Shown: positions 23,313 to 36,708 of the stretch, piece after piece | Numbering within the stretch: position 1 is the first letter of the stretch | Layout of the letters: each line of letters starts with the position of its first letter | The notes under the pieces: generated by a model | What the model saw: only the letters and a program-made list of their open reading frames with translations | Databases searched by the model: none | What the model was told of the DNA's origin: nothing | Position numbers and translations under genes: made by a program | Source of the DNA: Octopus bimaculoides | Lineage: Eukaryota | Direction: 5' to 3' | DNA length: 64,000 nucleotides | Assembly: GCF_001194135.2 (NCBI RefSeq) | Contig: NC_068987.1 | Coordinates: 2,233,210-2,297,209 of the forward strand

Positions 23313-24800
23313 CGTATGAAAATTGGAATTTTTAAGTGTTTTCTAGAGAATGTAGACTTTTATAATTGCTTTCCTTTAGTAAGACTTACATACTCCACAC
23401 TCATTAATAAGCAGTTTTTCATTTTTATGTATATATATGTGTGAGTGCATGTGTGCATTATTATGTAAATATGTGTGTGCACGCGTGTGTTACACACACA
23501 CACGCGTGTTTTTACGGGGGTGTGTGCGTGTGTTTACGGGTGTGTGTGCGTGTATGTGAATGTATGTGAGTGAATGTGTGTGTGGGGGGCATGTGTGTGT
23601 GTGGTTGTGGGTGTGGGTGTGTGGGTGTGTGTGTGTGTGTGTGTGTGTCCGTGTGTACCCGTATGCCTATGTGTGCGCGGCTTGAAAACTGTCGATTCTT
23701 CATAAATCCTCTCTCACTCTACCTGTATACCCCGAATACCTCTTTCATACCCACCCAAGTCTATCAACCGGGTGTGGCCTCTTCTTTATTCATTCTCCTT
23801 TTTTTTTTCCTTTCACATTATTGTTTCATGTTTTATCTATTTTTCTTCTTTTTCTTTTTCTTCTTTTCCTTCTCCCTCTGCCGCTCACCCTATATAATTC
23901 CTTGTTATTTCAACCCATCAATCTATTTATCTTTCATTCGGGTCATTCCTTCTTTCCTTCCTCCTTTCATTCCATATCACTTTTTCTTTCATATTATCTT
24001 TGTCTTCCTTTGTTTCGTCGCTTTTTCTTCTGTTTTCCCCCACTCCACTTCTTTCTTTCTTTCTTTCGACCTTTCCTGCTATCTCTCTTCTATCTCTTCT
24101 ACATTTCTCTCTCTCTCTCTCTCCCTCATCCCTACCCCACCTACCTTATCCTTCCTAACCTTCCTATTGTCAAAACAATACCATCCCTATAAATACATCT
24201 ATCTTATGTCTTCTACACAAATATCTATTTACATTTGTTTGCGATAAAAATATAAAGTGGCGATGATAGTGGTGGCGCTGGGGATGGTGTTGTTGTTAAT
24301 CTAGTTGTTGTTGTTGTTGTTGCGGTGGTAGTAGCGATAGTGGTGATGGTGGTGCTGGCACTGGCGGAGGTGGTGCTGGAGCGGATAGTGTTGTTAATCT
24401 TGTTGTAGTAGCGGTGGTGGTGGTGGTAATGATGGTGGGCGGTAGGGATGGTCGTGTTGCAGTTCTTGTTACGGTGGCGATATTTGTAGTAGTAGTAGTA
24501 GTAGTAGTTGTTGTTGTTGTTGTTACAGCGGCGGCGGCGGCGGCGGTAATGGTGACGAATGTGTTAGTGGTTTGATCGTCATGATGATGGTAGTTGTGTT
24601 GTGATGTTGATGATGATANNNNNNNNNNNNNNNNNNNNNNNNNNNNNNNNNNNNNNNNNNNNNNNNNNNNNNNNNNNNNNNNNNNNNNNNNNNNNNNNNN
24701 NNNNNNNNNNNNNNNNNNNNNNNNNNNNNNNNNNNNNNNNNNNNNNNNNNNNNNNNNNNNNNNNNNNNNNNNNNNNNNNNNNNNNNNNNNNNNNNNNNNN

Positions 24801-25295
24801 CACATATTTTTGCATGCCTGGAACTTCCACCTGCGCAGAGCTCTATGGTCATTTCCCGTCCTGAGACTTGGACATTGTCCAGGGTCCTTATGAGCCACCC
24901 GAACTCCTTCTTTGGTACCGGGAAGCTCCACAGGATTATGGATTCCCATCGGCTGGATTTCGTATCCAACCAATGACTCTACTCAGAAACTGAGATGCGT
25001 CCTGAAACTTGCATTATTTGGGAGCGCCAGCTCAGGCTGTTTGGTCACCTGGCACGATTTTCCGAGTAGCCCTCTGCTTACTGCTTTCTCTTCGTCGAGG
25101 ATCCGGCCGGGCAAACGGCTCGGGTTGGTCAACCAAATGCCACATCTTCACGGCAGATGAGGAGGTGTCTTGCGGGGACGGGGACTAACTAGGGTTCTAC
25201 TGAACGTGTCACCCGGGAGAATCCGGGACTATACCGTCGGATGGTGAATGCAGCAATGCGATACAACGGCGCATGCTCCCACACCTCACTAGACC
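24801..25295 (+). mobile_element. 3' end of an RTE-clade LINE ORF, decayed
   Basis: The frame from 24863 reads ETWTLSRVLMSHPNSFFGTGKLHRIMDSHRLDFVSNQ*LYSETEMRPETCIIWERQLRLFGHLARF..., later NPGLYRRMVNAA. The ETWTL, SN..L and RQLR.FGH.AR motifs are those of RTE C-termini. Confidence 0.85.
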
Positions 25296-25838
25296 AGGAA
25301 CTTCCACGTGATCATTTAGGTGAGGGATTGATGTGAAACAGCTACTATTTCTAGCATGTAGGACGACTGTTTAGGAGGAACGCATTACACCGTTGCTACT
25401 CAATGTTTATGTGCAACAATAATAATAGGGAGGGAGTGACGTCACTGGTGCAGGCAGAAGGTGACGTCATCAGAGATATACCATGTAACCGACGAGCAGT
25501 CTTTATTACGTCTTTAATTCCCACCCCGCCGCACCCAAACCAATATCTCCATCTTAAAGAGATATTCTTATGATTAATAGAATGTATTCTTTAACTTAAC
25601 CAAAATGAATAATGGTACGAGCTTCTTGGGGGAGGTTTTGTACAGTCTCAGAACTTATCTAAGCTGGCATTAGTTCACTTCCTGACCATTATTCTTCAGC
25701 TCCCATGACATAGTCTATCAAACTCTATCAGCCGCGCGCATAACTTATGTAGCAGCACGGAGAGAAGCATTTACACAATGTCTGTATAGCTGTGCATGTT
25801 TGTACATATAAACTATATTTATACATCTGAGTGTATAT

Positions 25839-25894
<56 letters not shown>

Positions 25895-26138
25895 TTACTT
25901 CTAATATAAAGATAACATTTTTCTAAATAGAATTTTATCAGTGGCCAGCATATTAAAATACCTTTCAAGGTGAAAATATAAACAATTATAAATAAGGGCA
26001 AAAGAAAAAAACATTCTATGCCATTATGCTGTAAAAAATAGACTTTAGATCGTCCAACCACATACGATATTTTTCACTATAAATACACAGCGTGTTGAAA
26101 CAAGGAAAGCAAGCTAACAGAAATTTAAAGAAAAAAAT

Positions 26139-26210
26139 TCGTTATTCCCGAATCGGACCGATTTCTGGATTAATCCACAAGGATTCTTCCTTCTTCAGCG
26201 AGAAACACGA
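26139..26210 (-). ncRNA. Type I hammerhead ribozyme motif (canonical core, A-A mismatch at the base of stem II)
   Basis: Minus strand: UCGU-GU-UUCUCG CUGAAGA A[GGA AG AAUCC UUGU GGAUU AA UCC]A GAAA UCGGUCCGA U U CGGGAA-UA-ACGA. Near-palindromic stem III, AUU triplet. Confidence 0.65.
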
Positions 26211-26322
26211 TTGGAAATAAATGGAACACTCACATATGCCTACGGAAAAAGCAGATGTAAAGTCATGAATACATTTCTCAATCTATAGCGCCCTTTTAAA
26301 GCCTCGCCAGGCTCATGGTAGA

Positions 26323-26365
<43 letters not shown>

Positions 26366-26696
26366 CCCAAACCCCTTCTACACATTCACACACGCACACA
26401 CATATCTTCATTGAGTTTCACGCAGTAAATTCATATGCAGACTACCACTGGTTTTATGTTACAATTATACCGTATATAGGTCTGTAGAAGAGTCTTTCAT
26501 TTGTCAAATATTTCAAAATTAGAAATGAATAATTCCTTTGCTTGTTAGACATATGTCTTACGTAAACTTTTCATACAAAATCTCAAAGTATCTGATTTTC
26601 ACCTGAAACCATTGGCAGCCTTCATATTGACAACGATAGGGTTCCATTCCTTAATATGCAAATATTTCACTTTCGTCCAAATTGAAGTCTCTGTAC

Positions 26697-26734
<38 letters not shown>

Positions 26735-26959
26735 ATATCACATACACACGTGCGCGCCCAAACACCGAAGTACAGAACTGATGTGTTCACATAGAACGTA
26801 AGTGCGGATGTATATACTTACATCTATGCACACAATAACTCGACGACATATTTACAAATGCTGAGAATTCTCTTAACTCAAAACGTCTCCTCACTTTGTT
26901 AGCAACCGACTTGAACTTCATTAAGAAGCACTTAAATAAATCTCAAAGACAAAGAAAAC

Positions 26960-27034
<75 letters not shown>

Positions 27035-28554
27035 TCACATATATATATATGTATATTATTTTTGAAATATATCCCTATTTGTTGCAGTGGAAATCTTGGT
27101 TGCATCTCTTTAATGTTAAACAAGATGTCTGTCTGTGTGTGCAGAAGGGAGAATTTGATGAAAGCATTGGTCCTGTCTTTATCTACACAAAGCAATTGTT
27201 TGTAGTGAAAATGGCTGCGAGCGTTTCACCAGTACAAAGCGGATTCAGATCGAGGCCAAATTCTTTTTTGTTGTCTCTACCAGACAGACATCTGGATTTG
27301 TTCAATTGTTATCAAAAAAAAAAGAAAACTTGAAGTACATTTTTGTTTTTGTCTTTAATAAAAGTTGAAAAACGAATAATAACAATGTTTACCAATTTTG
27401 TGTGTAAGTACCACAATATTTTATAAATCTTCCAAAGCGTATCGACTCTTCAAGAGTCTTCAGTACAACTATTGTTAGACTCGTAAATAAAAATAGCTTA
27501 TTTATATCAGTAGCACAATGTTAAAATAACGACAGTGACAATCAAAATAATGCCATTTTAGAAATGAGAGAAAACCAGTGTCGAAACTAAACTGTTTTAC
27601 GAAGAATATCTCAAACAATTTGTTATCCAGGGTAGTTTATCAGAATTTAAAATATCTCATTCGCATGAATTTCGGAGGAGATCTTCGATTTGCATCTTTG
27701 TTAATTCTTTGTTTGTGACAAAGTCTAAATTCTCTGCTGCGAGTATTGGTTCCTCCTTCATCCACAAATCAACCGTTTGCGGTGACGCAAATGGCAGCCA
27801 ATATATCGCACCGACAACCGAGATTGAAATGAATTTAATTTTAAAACCGTACATATGAATTGGTTCACTGAAATCAAAATGGTACTCTTGAAGTTTTCTC
27901 AATTGCATGAACTAAAAGTTCGAAGGGGGACAGAATTAACTACCTGCATCAACTTCCTATTAAAACAGGTCGTAATTTTATCTTCACTGTCTCAAATAGC
28001 GTAAAACTGGCGAAACATCTGGATGTCCCGAAAGATTGCTGTACGATGTATATAAGCACATTTTCTGGATATGCTTATAGTCGAAATTCAATTTTGCTAC
28101 TTATTTCATTCATACTGACATTGGTCATAAGCCTCAATATCTTTCAAATAGATTACAGAGCACCATCTAAACGTTAATGGTTAGCGTGGTGTGAGTCTAG
28201 TAATTACAAAGAAACGAATTGAAATGAAAGGTGCTAAATATCTAAAATATTCCTAGCATCAGATCGAAACTAAATACTGAATTCCAATGTCTAATAAATG
28301 TGAATACATATTTTCTTTCTTATGGTGATAATTGAACCTATGTCTAATAGATTTTCAGGTATATTTTATCAACATTAAGAATATACCACAGTCGACTGGT
28401 ACTGCGAAATATCAGATTTTCAACCTATAACACCAACATGCGTCATGTCTGAGGATGTATTTGTTGTCTTCAGAACATTATGAGTTTGTATGCGTCATTG
28501 AGTGCTTGTGTTCAGGCGTGAGTGTGGGATGTGAATAAAATTATATGTCCATAG

Positions 28555-28612
<58 letters not shown>

Positions 28613-28722
28613 TATACATATACCACATGTATACCATATATGTAAATATTATACACATATTTTTATATATGTATATGCACATCTGTATACGCATATAAAT
28701 ATATCTACCTATATCTATATGC

Positions 28723-28770
<48 letters not shown>

Positions 28771-29339
28771 GGGGGGAGAGAAAGAGCGAGAGAAAGAGCG
28801 AGAGAAAGAGAGATAGAGAGCCATACAGATTAATACATACATTCGTATATACCATGCCTGCATATATTTTTATAAATAAACACAACAGGTTCTAGGGCTA
28901 TCTGTATAAGAACCATATATTTAGTTGTCTTATCTATGTTTACCATGTAGCTGTGTTTTCTCATTTCTAGTTTACATATAGATGTGTAAGTCGACTGTTG
29001 AGAATGATGGTCTCTGTCAGTTTACGGCAACGTAAGACAAAGAGAAGTGTCTGGTTTGAAGTGTGACGATTATTGGAGTCTAAGCGCAGAGAGTCGGCGG
29101 CGAAGTTACCACCACCTTCAAAGATTTGGAGCATGTAGGAAGTACATACATACATACATACATAGAAACATATATACATACATATGTATATGTATATATA
29201 TATATATGTATATANNNNNNNNNNNNNNNNNNNNNNNNNNNNNNNNNNNNNNNNNNNNNNNNNNNNNNNNNNNNNNNNNNNNNNNNNNNNNNATATATAA
29301 TACAGATCTATGCATATATATATATGTGTGTATATATAC

Positions 29340-29377
<38 letters not shown>

Positions 29378-30338
29378 TTGTGTGCAAAAGTATGTGTACG
29401 CATTATGTATATGTACGCCTGTATGTGTGTGTGCCCCTTTATGCGTGTGCACTTTCATGTGTGTTCGCGTGCGAATACATGTGTGTGTGTGCGCATGCGA
29501 TTGTATGTATGTATGCGTTTGCATATGTGTACAGAAGTGTGTGTGCACCTGTATGTGTGTGCATACCAACATGTACGTGTTCACTTGCATGTGTATGTGC
29601 GCATGCGGCTCTGTGTGTATGTGTGTTTGTTTGTGTAGGTGTATGTATGTGACCAGAAGCAGACAGTGGGTGTTGATGAATGTATCATATAGAGACCCTG
29701 GCCTCAGGAGCTGATAAACATTTCTCCGTGATTCAAATCTTCGAATAAGCCCGAAGAATTTTCGTGCTTTGCCAAAAAGTAAAACATTAAGGATTCCAGT
29801 TCTACATTGTAGTTGATTTCCTCAACATTCTTTCATAATTACACACGATTAACCGATTACTCCTATATCCAGTCAGCATTCTGATAAAGGAAGATTAGTG
29901 AGAATTAGGTTTAAAAACGTTTGAAATTTGCTGCTGTCAATCAGTAAGTATTTTATGAGAGATTAGCCGGGGATTCAAATACATGCTAGGAAAATAGTAA
30001 ATTGAGAATCCGTTATGTTATTTTAAGGATCCAGGGGAAGTTTTGAATCAAATGAATCTCTTGCAAGAAACAGCTACGTTTCTTTCTCAAACGTTTTACG
30101 TCTTTCAACCTATACAAGTGAATGAGTGAATAAGAAAATAAGAAATTGGAAAGAAATATCAATAAAACTAGATCTTAAACATCAAATGGCTATGGGAGTG
30201 CACCCGAATAAAATAGAAATTAAAGGGATCCTTGGTTGAGAATCACTGCCCTAAATCCACAATTCCTTCTTTGATATTATCTTCCCCTAAAACTTCACAT
30301 CCACGTTAACATTAAACTCTTGTAAAGCTTTATTCGCA

Positions 30339-30553
30339 AGGCGGCGAGCTGGCGGAAACGTTAGTACGACGGGCGAAATGCTTAACGGTATTTCGTCTGT
30401 TTTTACGTTTTGAGTTCAAATTCCGCCGCGGTCGACTTTGCCTTTCATCCTTTCAGGGTCGATAAATTAAGTACCAGTTGCGTACTGGGGTCGATCTAAT
30501 CGACTGACCCCTCCCCAAAAATTTCGGGCGTTGTGCCTAGAGTACAAAAGAAT
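30339..30553 (+). mobile_element. SINE family C copy with a variant tail
   Basis: Homologous to 17928-18095. Confidence 0.85.
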
Positions 30554-30584
30554 AAATCCTTATTCCTCTTCCTCGATATTCGTT

Positions 30585-30776
30585 TCAAGTTTTGGTGCAA
30601 GGCCAGGAATTTCGTGGGTCGATTACATCAAGCGCAGTGCTCAGCTGGTACTTATTTTATTACCCTCGAAAGGAAGAAAAGCAAAGTCGACCTTGGCAGA
30701 ATTCGAACACAGAACGTAAAGAAATACCAGTAATAATTTCGCCCGGTCTGCTGACGATTCTGCAGCTCACCACCTT
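30585..30776 (-). mobile_element. SINE family C copy, diverged
   Basis: Reverse-complement homology to 30339-30553. Confidence 0.75.
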
Positions 30777-30789
30777 CACGCTCCCTAAT

Positions 30790-30992
30790 ATTCTTTCCTA
30801 CTCAAGGTACAAGGCCAGAAATTTTGGGGGAGGGGGCCAGTCGATTCGATGAACCCCAGTAGGCAACTGGCATTAATTTATTGACCCTGAAAGGATGAAA
30901 GGCAAAGTCGACCTCGGCGGAATTTGAACTCAGAACGTAAAGACAGACGAAACACCGCTCAGCATGCTAACGATTCTGCCAGCTCGCCCCCT
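30790..30992 (-). mobile_element. SINE family C copy
   Basis: AAAGGATGAAAGGCAAAGTCGACCTCGGCGGAATTTGAACTCAGAACG is the reverse complement of the family C core. Confidence 0.85.
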
Positions 30993-31889
30993 TCCTGCTC
31001 CTTAATATTAATCCCTTAAATTCACACTTCCTTCCTTAACATCAACAACAGAACGTATTCTCTAAATCTACACCGCTTGCCAAACAGTGACCCCTTAAAG
31101 CCACATTCCTATAAAGGGAGCTTTCATCACCTGAAATTAAAATATTAATTCTAAACCGCAACAAATGTATATCAAGGAATTATCGTTTAAATCTCTTTAT
31201 TAACTTTTCCCCTTCATTAGCCCCCCATCCCCCTCACCTCCACCTCTTCCTGCTTCTAATAGCTATGTGATTTACCTCTTTAATACAAGATTAGACCGGA
31301 TTAAATTACATCCGTTAATCGGGATGAGAAGTCACGATTTTCAGATACTTTTTACTAAATAGAGTTGTGTGTGGAGTGGGGGGGGGNNNNNNNNNNNNNN
31401 NNNNNNNNNNNNNNNNNNNNNNNNNNNNNNNNNNNNNNNNNNNNNNNNNNNNNNNNNNNNNNNNNNNNNNNNNNNNNNNNNNNNNNNNNNNNNNNNNNNN
31501 NNNNNNNNNNNNNNNNNNNNNNNNNNNNNNNNNNNNNNNNNNNNNNNNNNNNNNNNNNNNNNNNNNNNNNNNNNNNNNNNNNNNNNNNNNNNNNNNNNNN
31601 NNNNNNNNNNNNNNNNNNNNNNNNNNNNNNNNNNNNNNNNNNNNNNNNNNNNNNNNNNNNNNNNNNNNNNNNNNNNNNNNNNNNNNNNNNNNNNNNNNNN
31701 NNNNNNNNNNNNNNNNNNNNNNNNNNNNNNNNNNNNNNNNNNNNNNNNNNNNNNNNNNNNNNNNNNNNNNNNNNNNNNNNNNNNNNNNNNNNNNNNNNNN
31801 NNNNNNNNNNNNNNNNNNNNNNNNNNNNNNNNNNNNNNNNNNNNNNNNNNNNNNNNNNNNNNNNNNNNNNNCATACATACATACATACA

Positions 31890-32139
<250 letters not shown>

Positions 32140-32814
32140 AGAGAAGGAGAGAGAGAGAGGGACAGAAAGATAAAGAAAGAGAGAGAGAAAGATAAAGAGA
32201 GTGAGAAAGATAAAGAAAGAGAGAGAGAAAGATAGAGAAAGAGAGGGAGATAAGCAGGGAGTTGGTGAAGGGGAAGAATGTAACAAGAAGCATTTGAAAA
32301 ACAAAACCGAAGGATTTATACGAAAAATAGAGAAAAACGCAAAAAGAAAGAAAAAAGAGGAGAAAGGAAGACGAGAAGTGTGAAGTGTGTAAGGGAAGGG
32401 TGGGTGTTGGGGGGCTTTTGTGAATAGATCGACTTTACTGTGTATTGACGGATGGTCAAATAATATTTACTGGTGGATTAAAGCAGATTAAACCGATTAG
32501 TGGATTCAGGAATTAGAAAACTACAGATTAGGCCGAGGCAACCAGTTAGGACGGGTGAAATATAATGGAGAAATATTTTCACACTATTAAGGACTCCGTT
32601 ATCCAATGTCACCTTCATTTAGGTTATCGTTGTTGTTGTTGTTGTTGTTGCTACTGCTGCTGTTGCTGTTGTTGTTGTTGTTGTTGTTGTTGCTGCTGTT
32701 GTTGTTACTATTGTTGTAGTTGGTGATGAAGTTTAGCCCCAAGTCAGCTCTGATCGGATCGGATCGATCTCAAAGCTTTTTAAAGACATGGTTCACCTTG
32801 GTTTTATCTATCAT

Positions 32815-32985
32815 TTTATGCCTTTAACTTGTTTCGGTCATTGGCGTGCGCCCATGCTGGAGCATCACCTTCAACAGATCGATTCCAGTATTTATAATTT
32901 TCATTCTGTTACATTTACTCCGAAACGCTAAGTTACGGGGACATAAAACAAATACCAGTTGTTAAGCGGAAGTACAAACACAAAG
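32815..32985 (-). mobile_element. SINE module B, diverged
   Basis: CCATGCTGGAGCA...GCTAAGTTACGGGGAC homologous to 13800-13925. Confidence 0.65.
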
Positions 32986-33714
32986 ACACACACACACACA
33001 CACACACATACTCCCTCCACACACACACACTCACACACACACAAGCTTATATATATATATGTGTGTGTGTGTGTATGTGTGAAAATGCTGTGTTATAATA
33101 ATATTCCACAGCCTTACCAACAATCCAACAGACCTACATCATCAGCTGCCCCTCGGATATCATTATGGTTTCGACACCTGGGTAGTACCATTCAACCCGG
33201 CGGTGTCAACAGCACTAAAATAAGTGTTGCTTGGGAACAACAGGTTTTGGAAGTTCATTTTATTTACGATTTGCATATGTGTAATTATGTATGTATGTGT
33301 GTATGTATGTATGTATGAATGTAGGTAGGTAGGTAGGTAGGTAGGTAGGTAGGTAGGTAGGTAGGTAGGTAGGTAGGTAGGTAGGTAAAATGTAGGTATA
33401 TTATTCTCTTTCTCTTTTTCATTTAGAATAGAATTTGATCGGCCAACTACTTGGTAATAAGATTTTAAAGGAACCATCATCCTTTAAAGTNNNNNNNNNN
33501 NNNNNNNNNNNNNNNNNNNNNNNNNNNNNNNNNNNNNNNNNNNNNNNNNNNNNNNNNNNNNNNNNNNNNNNNNNNNNNNNNNNNNNNNNNNNNNNNNNNN
33601 NNNNNNNNNNNNNNNNNNNNNNNNNNNNNNNNNNNNNNNNNNNNNNNNNNNNNNNNNNNNNNNNNNNNNNNNNNNNNNNNNNNNNNNNNNNNNNNNNNNN
33701 NNNNNNNNNNNNNN

Positions 33715-33767
<53 letters not shown>

Positions 33768-33901
33768 CTTACATATATATATGTTAGTTGTGTAAATTCC
33801 TAAGCTATAACAATGTGTGTGTTTATGTAGGCATATTTATGCATATATATATATGTATACACACACACATACATGCATACATACCTACATACATACATAC
33901 A

Positions 33902-33935
<34 letters not shown>

Positions 33936-34253
33936 AGTGCATGTATTTTTGTAATGGCAGGACGTGTGGCTTCTTTTTTCAACATGCCATATACCCCCGC
34001 TGTGTACCTTTTTGGGTAAATGACCCTTCTAGCCTGAATATACATGGAATCTACCCGCGGAACACTTGACGTACATACCTGTGGGTTTACCCATCGGAAT
34101 ATTTCCACAAACAGCATCACTGTGGCATTCTGGGCGTTCCGATAAGAAAAATAACGTCTAAACTACATACACAAATATTCATTTACACACACACACTTAC
34201 ACACACACACATACACACACACACGCACACACACAGAATCATATATATATATA

Positions 34254-34313
<60 letters not shown>

Positions 34314-34657
34314 NNNNNNNNNNNNNNNNNNNNNNNNNNNNNNNNNNNNNNNNNNNNNNNNNNNNNNNNNNNNNNNNNNNNNNNNNNNNNNNNNNNNNNN
34401 NNNNNNNNNNNNNNNNNNNNNNNNNNNNNNNNNNNNNNNNNNNNNNNNNNNNNNNNNNNNNNNNNNNNNNNNNNNNNNNNNNNNNNNNNNNNNNNNNNNN
34501 NNNNNNNNNNNNNNNNNNNNNNNNNNNNNNNNNNNNNNNNNNNNNNNNNNNNNNNNNNNNNNNNNNNNNNNNNNNNNNNNNNNNNNNNNNNNNNNNNNNN
34601 NNNNNNNNNNNNNNNNNNNNNNNNNNNNNNNNNNNNNNNNNNNNNNNNNNNNNNNNC

Positions 34658-35347
34658 TACGTTCTGAGTTCAAATTCCGCCGAGGTCGACTTTGCCTCTC
34701 ATCCTTTCGGGGTCGATAAATTAAGTACCAGTTACGTACTGGGGTCGATGTAATCGACTTAATCTCTTTGTCTGTCCTTGTTTGTCCCCTCTGTGTTTAG
34801 CCCCTTGTGGGCAATAAAGAAATAAGAAGCTTGCTTCTCAACCACGTGGTTCAGGGTTCAGCCCCCCTGCGTGGCACGTTGGGTGAGTGTCTTCTACTAT
34901 AGCCTTAAGCCGACCTAATCATTGAAACTGGATTTGGTACACGGAAACTGAAAGAAGCCCGTCGTATATAGATATATGTGTGTTGGTGTGTTCATTCCCC
35001 CAGCATCATTTGACAACAGATGCAGGTGTATTTATATCCCTGTAACATAGCGGTTCGGCAAAAGAGACCTGATAGAATATGTAGAAAGCGTACAAAGAAT
35101 AATTCATGGTGTCAATATCTTCGACTAAAATCTTTTAAGGCGGTGCTCCAGCATGGCCGCAGTCAAATGACTGAAACAAATAAAAGAATAAAAGAATATG
35201 ACAGTGGTAAGCAGCTTGCTTCCCAACCACATGGTTCCAGGTTCAGTCCCATTGCGTAGCACCTTGGGCAAGTGTCTTCTATAGCCTCGGATCGACCAGA
35301 GCCTTGTGTGTGGATTTGGTACAAGGAAACGGAAAGAAGCCCGTCGT
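34658..35347 (+). mobile_element. Head-to-tail SINE chain: C (34658-34827), A (34826-34968), B (34990-35197), A (35204-35347)
   Basis: Each segment is homologous to other copies in the window, and the junctions are nearly flush. Confidence 0.85.
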
Positions 35348-35349
35348 GC

Positions 35350-35415
<66 letters not shown>

Positions 35416-36121
35416 ATGTGTGTGTGTGCATGTGTGTGTGTGCATGTGTATAGATCGATAGATACAATACATTTTTATACTAATATATATAAATATGCAA
35501 TGGTTTGCATATTAGTAAACAAATTTGAATATCGTTGGAATGTAGATTACAAAAACGATGTCATGTTTTAAAATTGAGGAATGTCTTACATACTTTTACT
35601 GTCCCACCTACAGAATTTATTCGTATTGTGGAAGTTAGTTGGTTCATTACTTTTTCTGAAAACCCAGGCTTATCCACATTGTCATTTTATATATGTTTAT
35701 GTATATATATGCATGTGTGTGTGCATGTGAGTGTAAGTGTGTGTGTATGTACACATATATGTGTATGTACACATATATGTGTATATATATATATATATAT
35801 GTGTATATATATATGTGTGTGTGTATATAAAAATAATATATACATGCATACACAAATACACACACTTACCTATAGTAATGCATGTTTCCCCTTATTATTA
35901 TACGAAAATATAATCAAGCATGAAATTGAAGTATCATTCATTGTAGTATCACAGTTATTCTATATTTACAAGGAAAATGTTGACACTTATCTCGAACTTT
36001 CTGCTTAGAAGCCCTCACCAGACTTTCTAATTAAAACCTGAGCTCTAACTACGAAGTAAATGTTAGCCATTTCCCTATAAAATTTATGTATATAAATTCA
36101 TATATTTATGCTTGTATATAT

Positions 36122-36142
36122 TTATATCTATCTATCTATCTT

Positions 36143-36194
<52 letters not shown>

Positions 36195-36708
36195 CTTATC
36201 TATCTACCTATCTATCTATTTATCTATCTATCCATATATAAATGCGGTTACAGAACTTCACACACTACGAAAGGTGTAGGGTCAACAGAATTGTATTTTC
36301 ATTCTGATCTGCTTATGTATGACCACTAGTTTGCATTTCCAGATTTTCTCATCACGTGATGTGTCTTCGCACACCTACTCCAAAATCTCGAAGATTCCAA
36401 GGCATTTGTTTTACGCTCTCCTTGAATCGCACAGAAAGCTTCCATGAAAAGGGAAAGAACCGCATCTATGATCTACTGACGATACATGTGTGTGTGTTTG
36501 TGTGTATGAATACATACATACACACATACATACATACACACATACATACATACATACTTACATACATACACACATACACTCATACATACTTACATGCGTA
36601 CATACATACATACACACATTCATACATACATACACTCATACATACATACATACATGCATACATACATACATACATACATACATACATACATACATACATA
36701 CACACACA
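36122..36708 (+). repeat. (TATC)n at about 36122-36232 and (CATA)n at about 36505-36708 tetranucleotide microsatellites
   Basis: Directly visible. Confidence 0.9.

Noticed and set aside
28008-28036. GAAACATC-TG-GATGTC hairpin with a GUC triplet
   Set aside because: No core, stem II or stem I.
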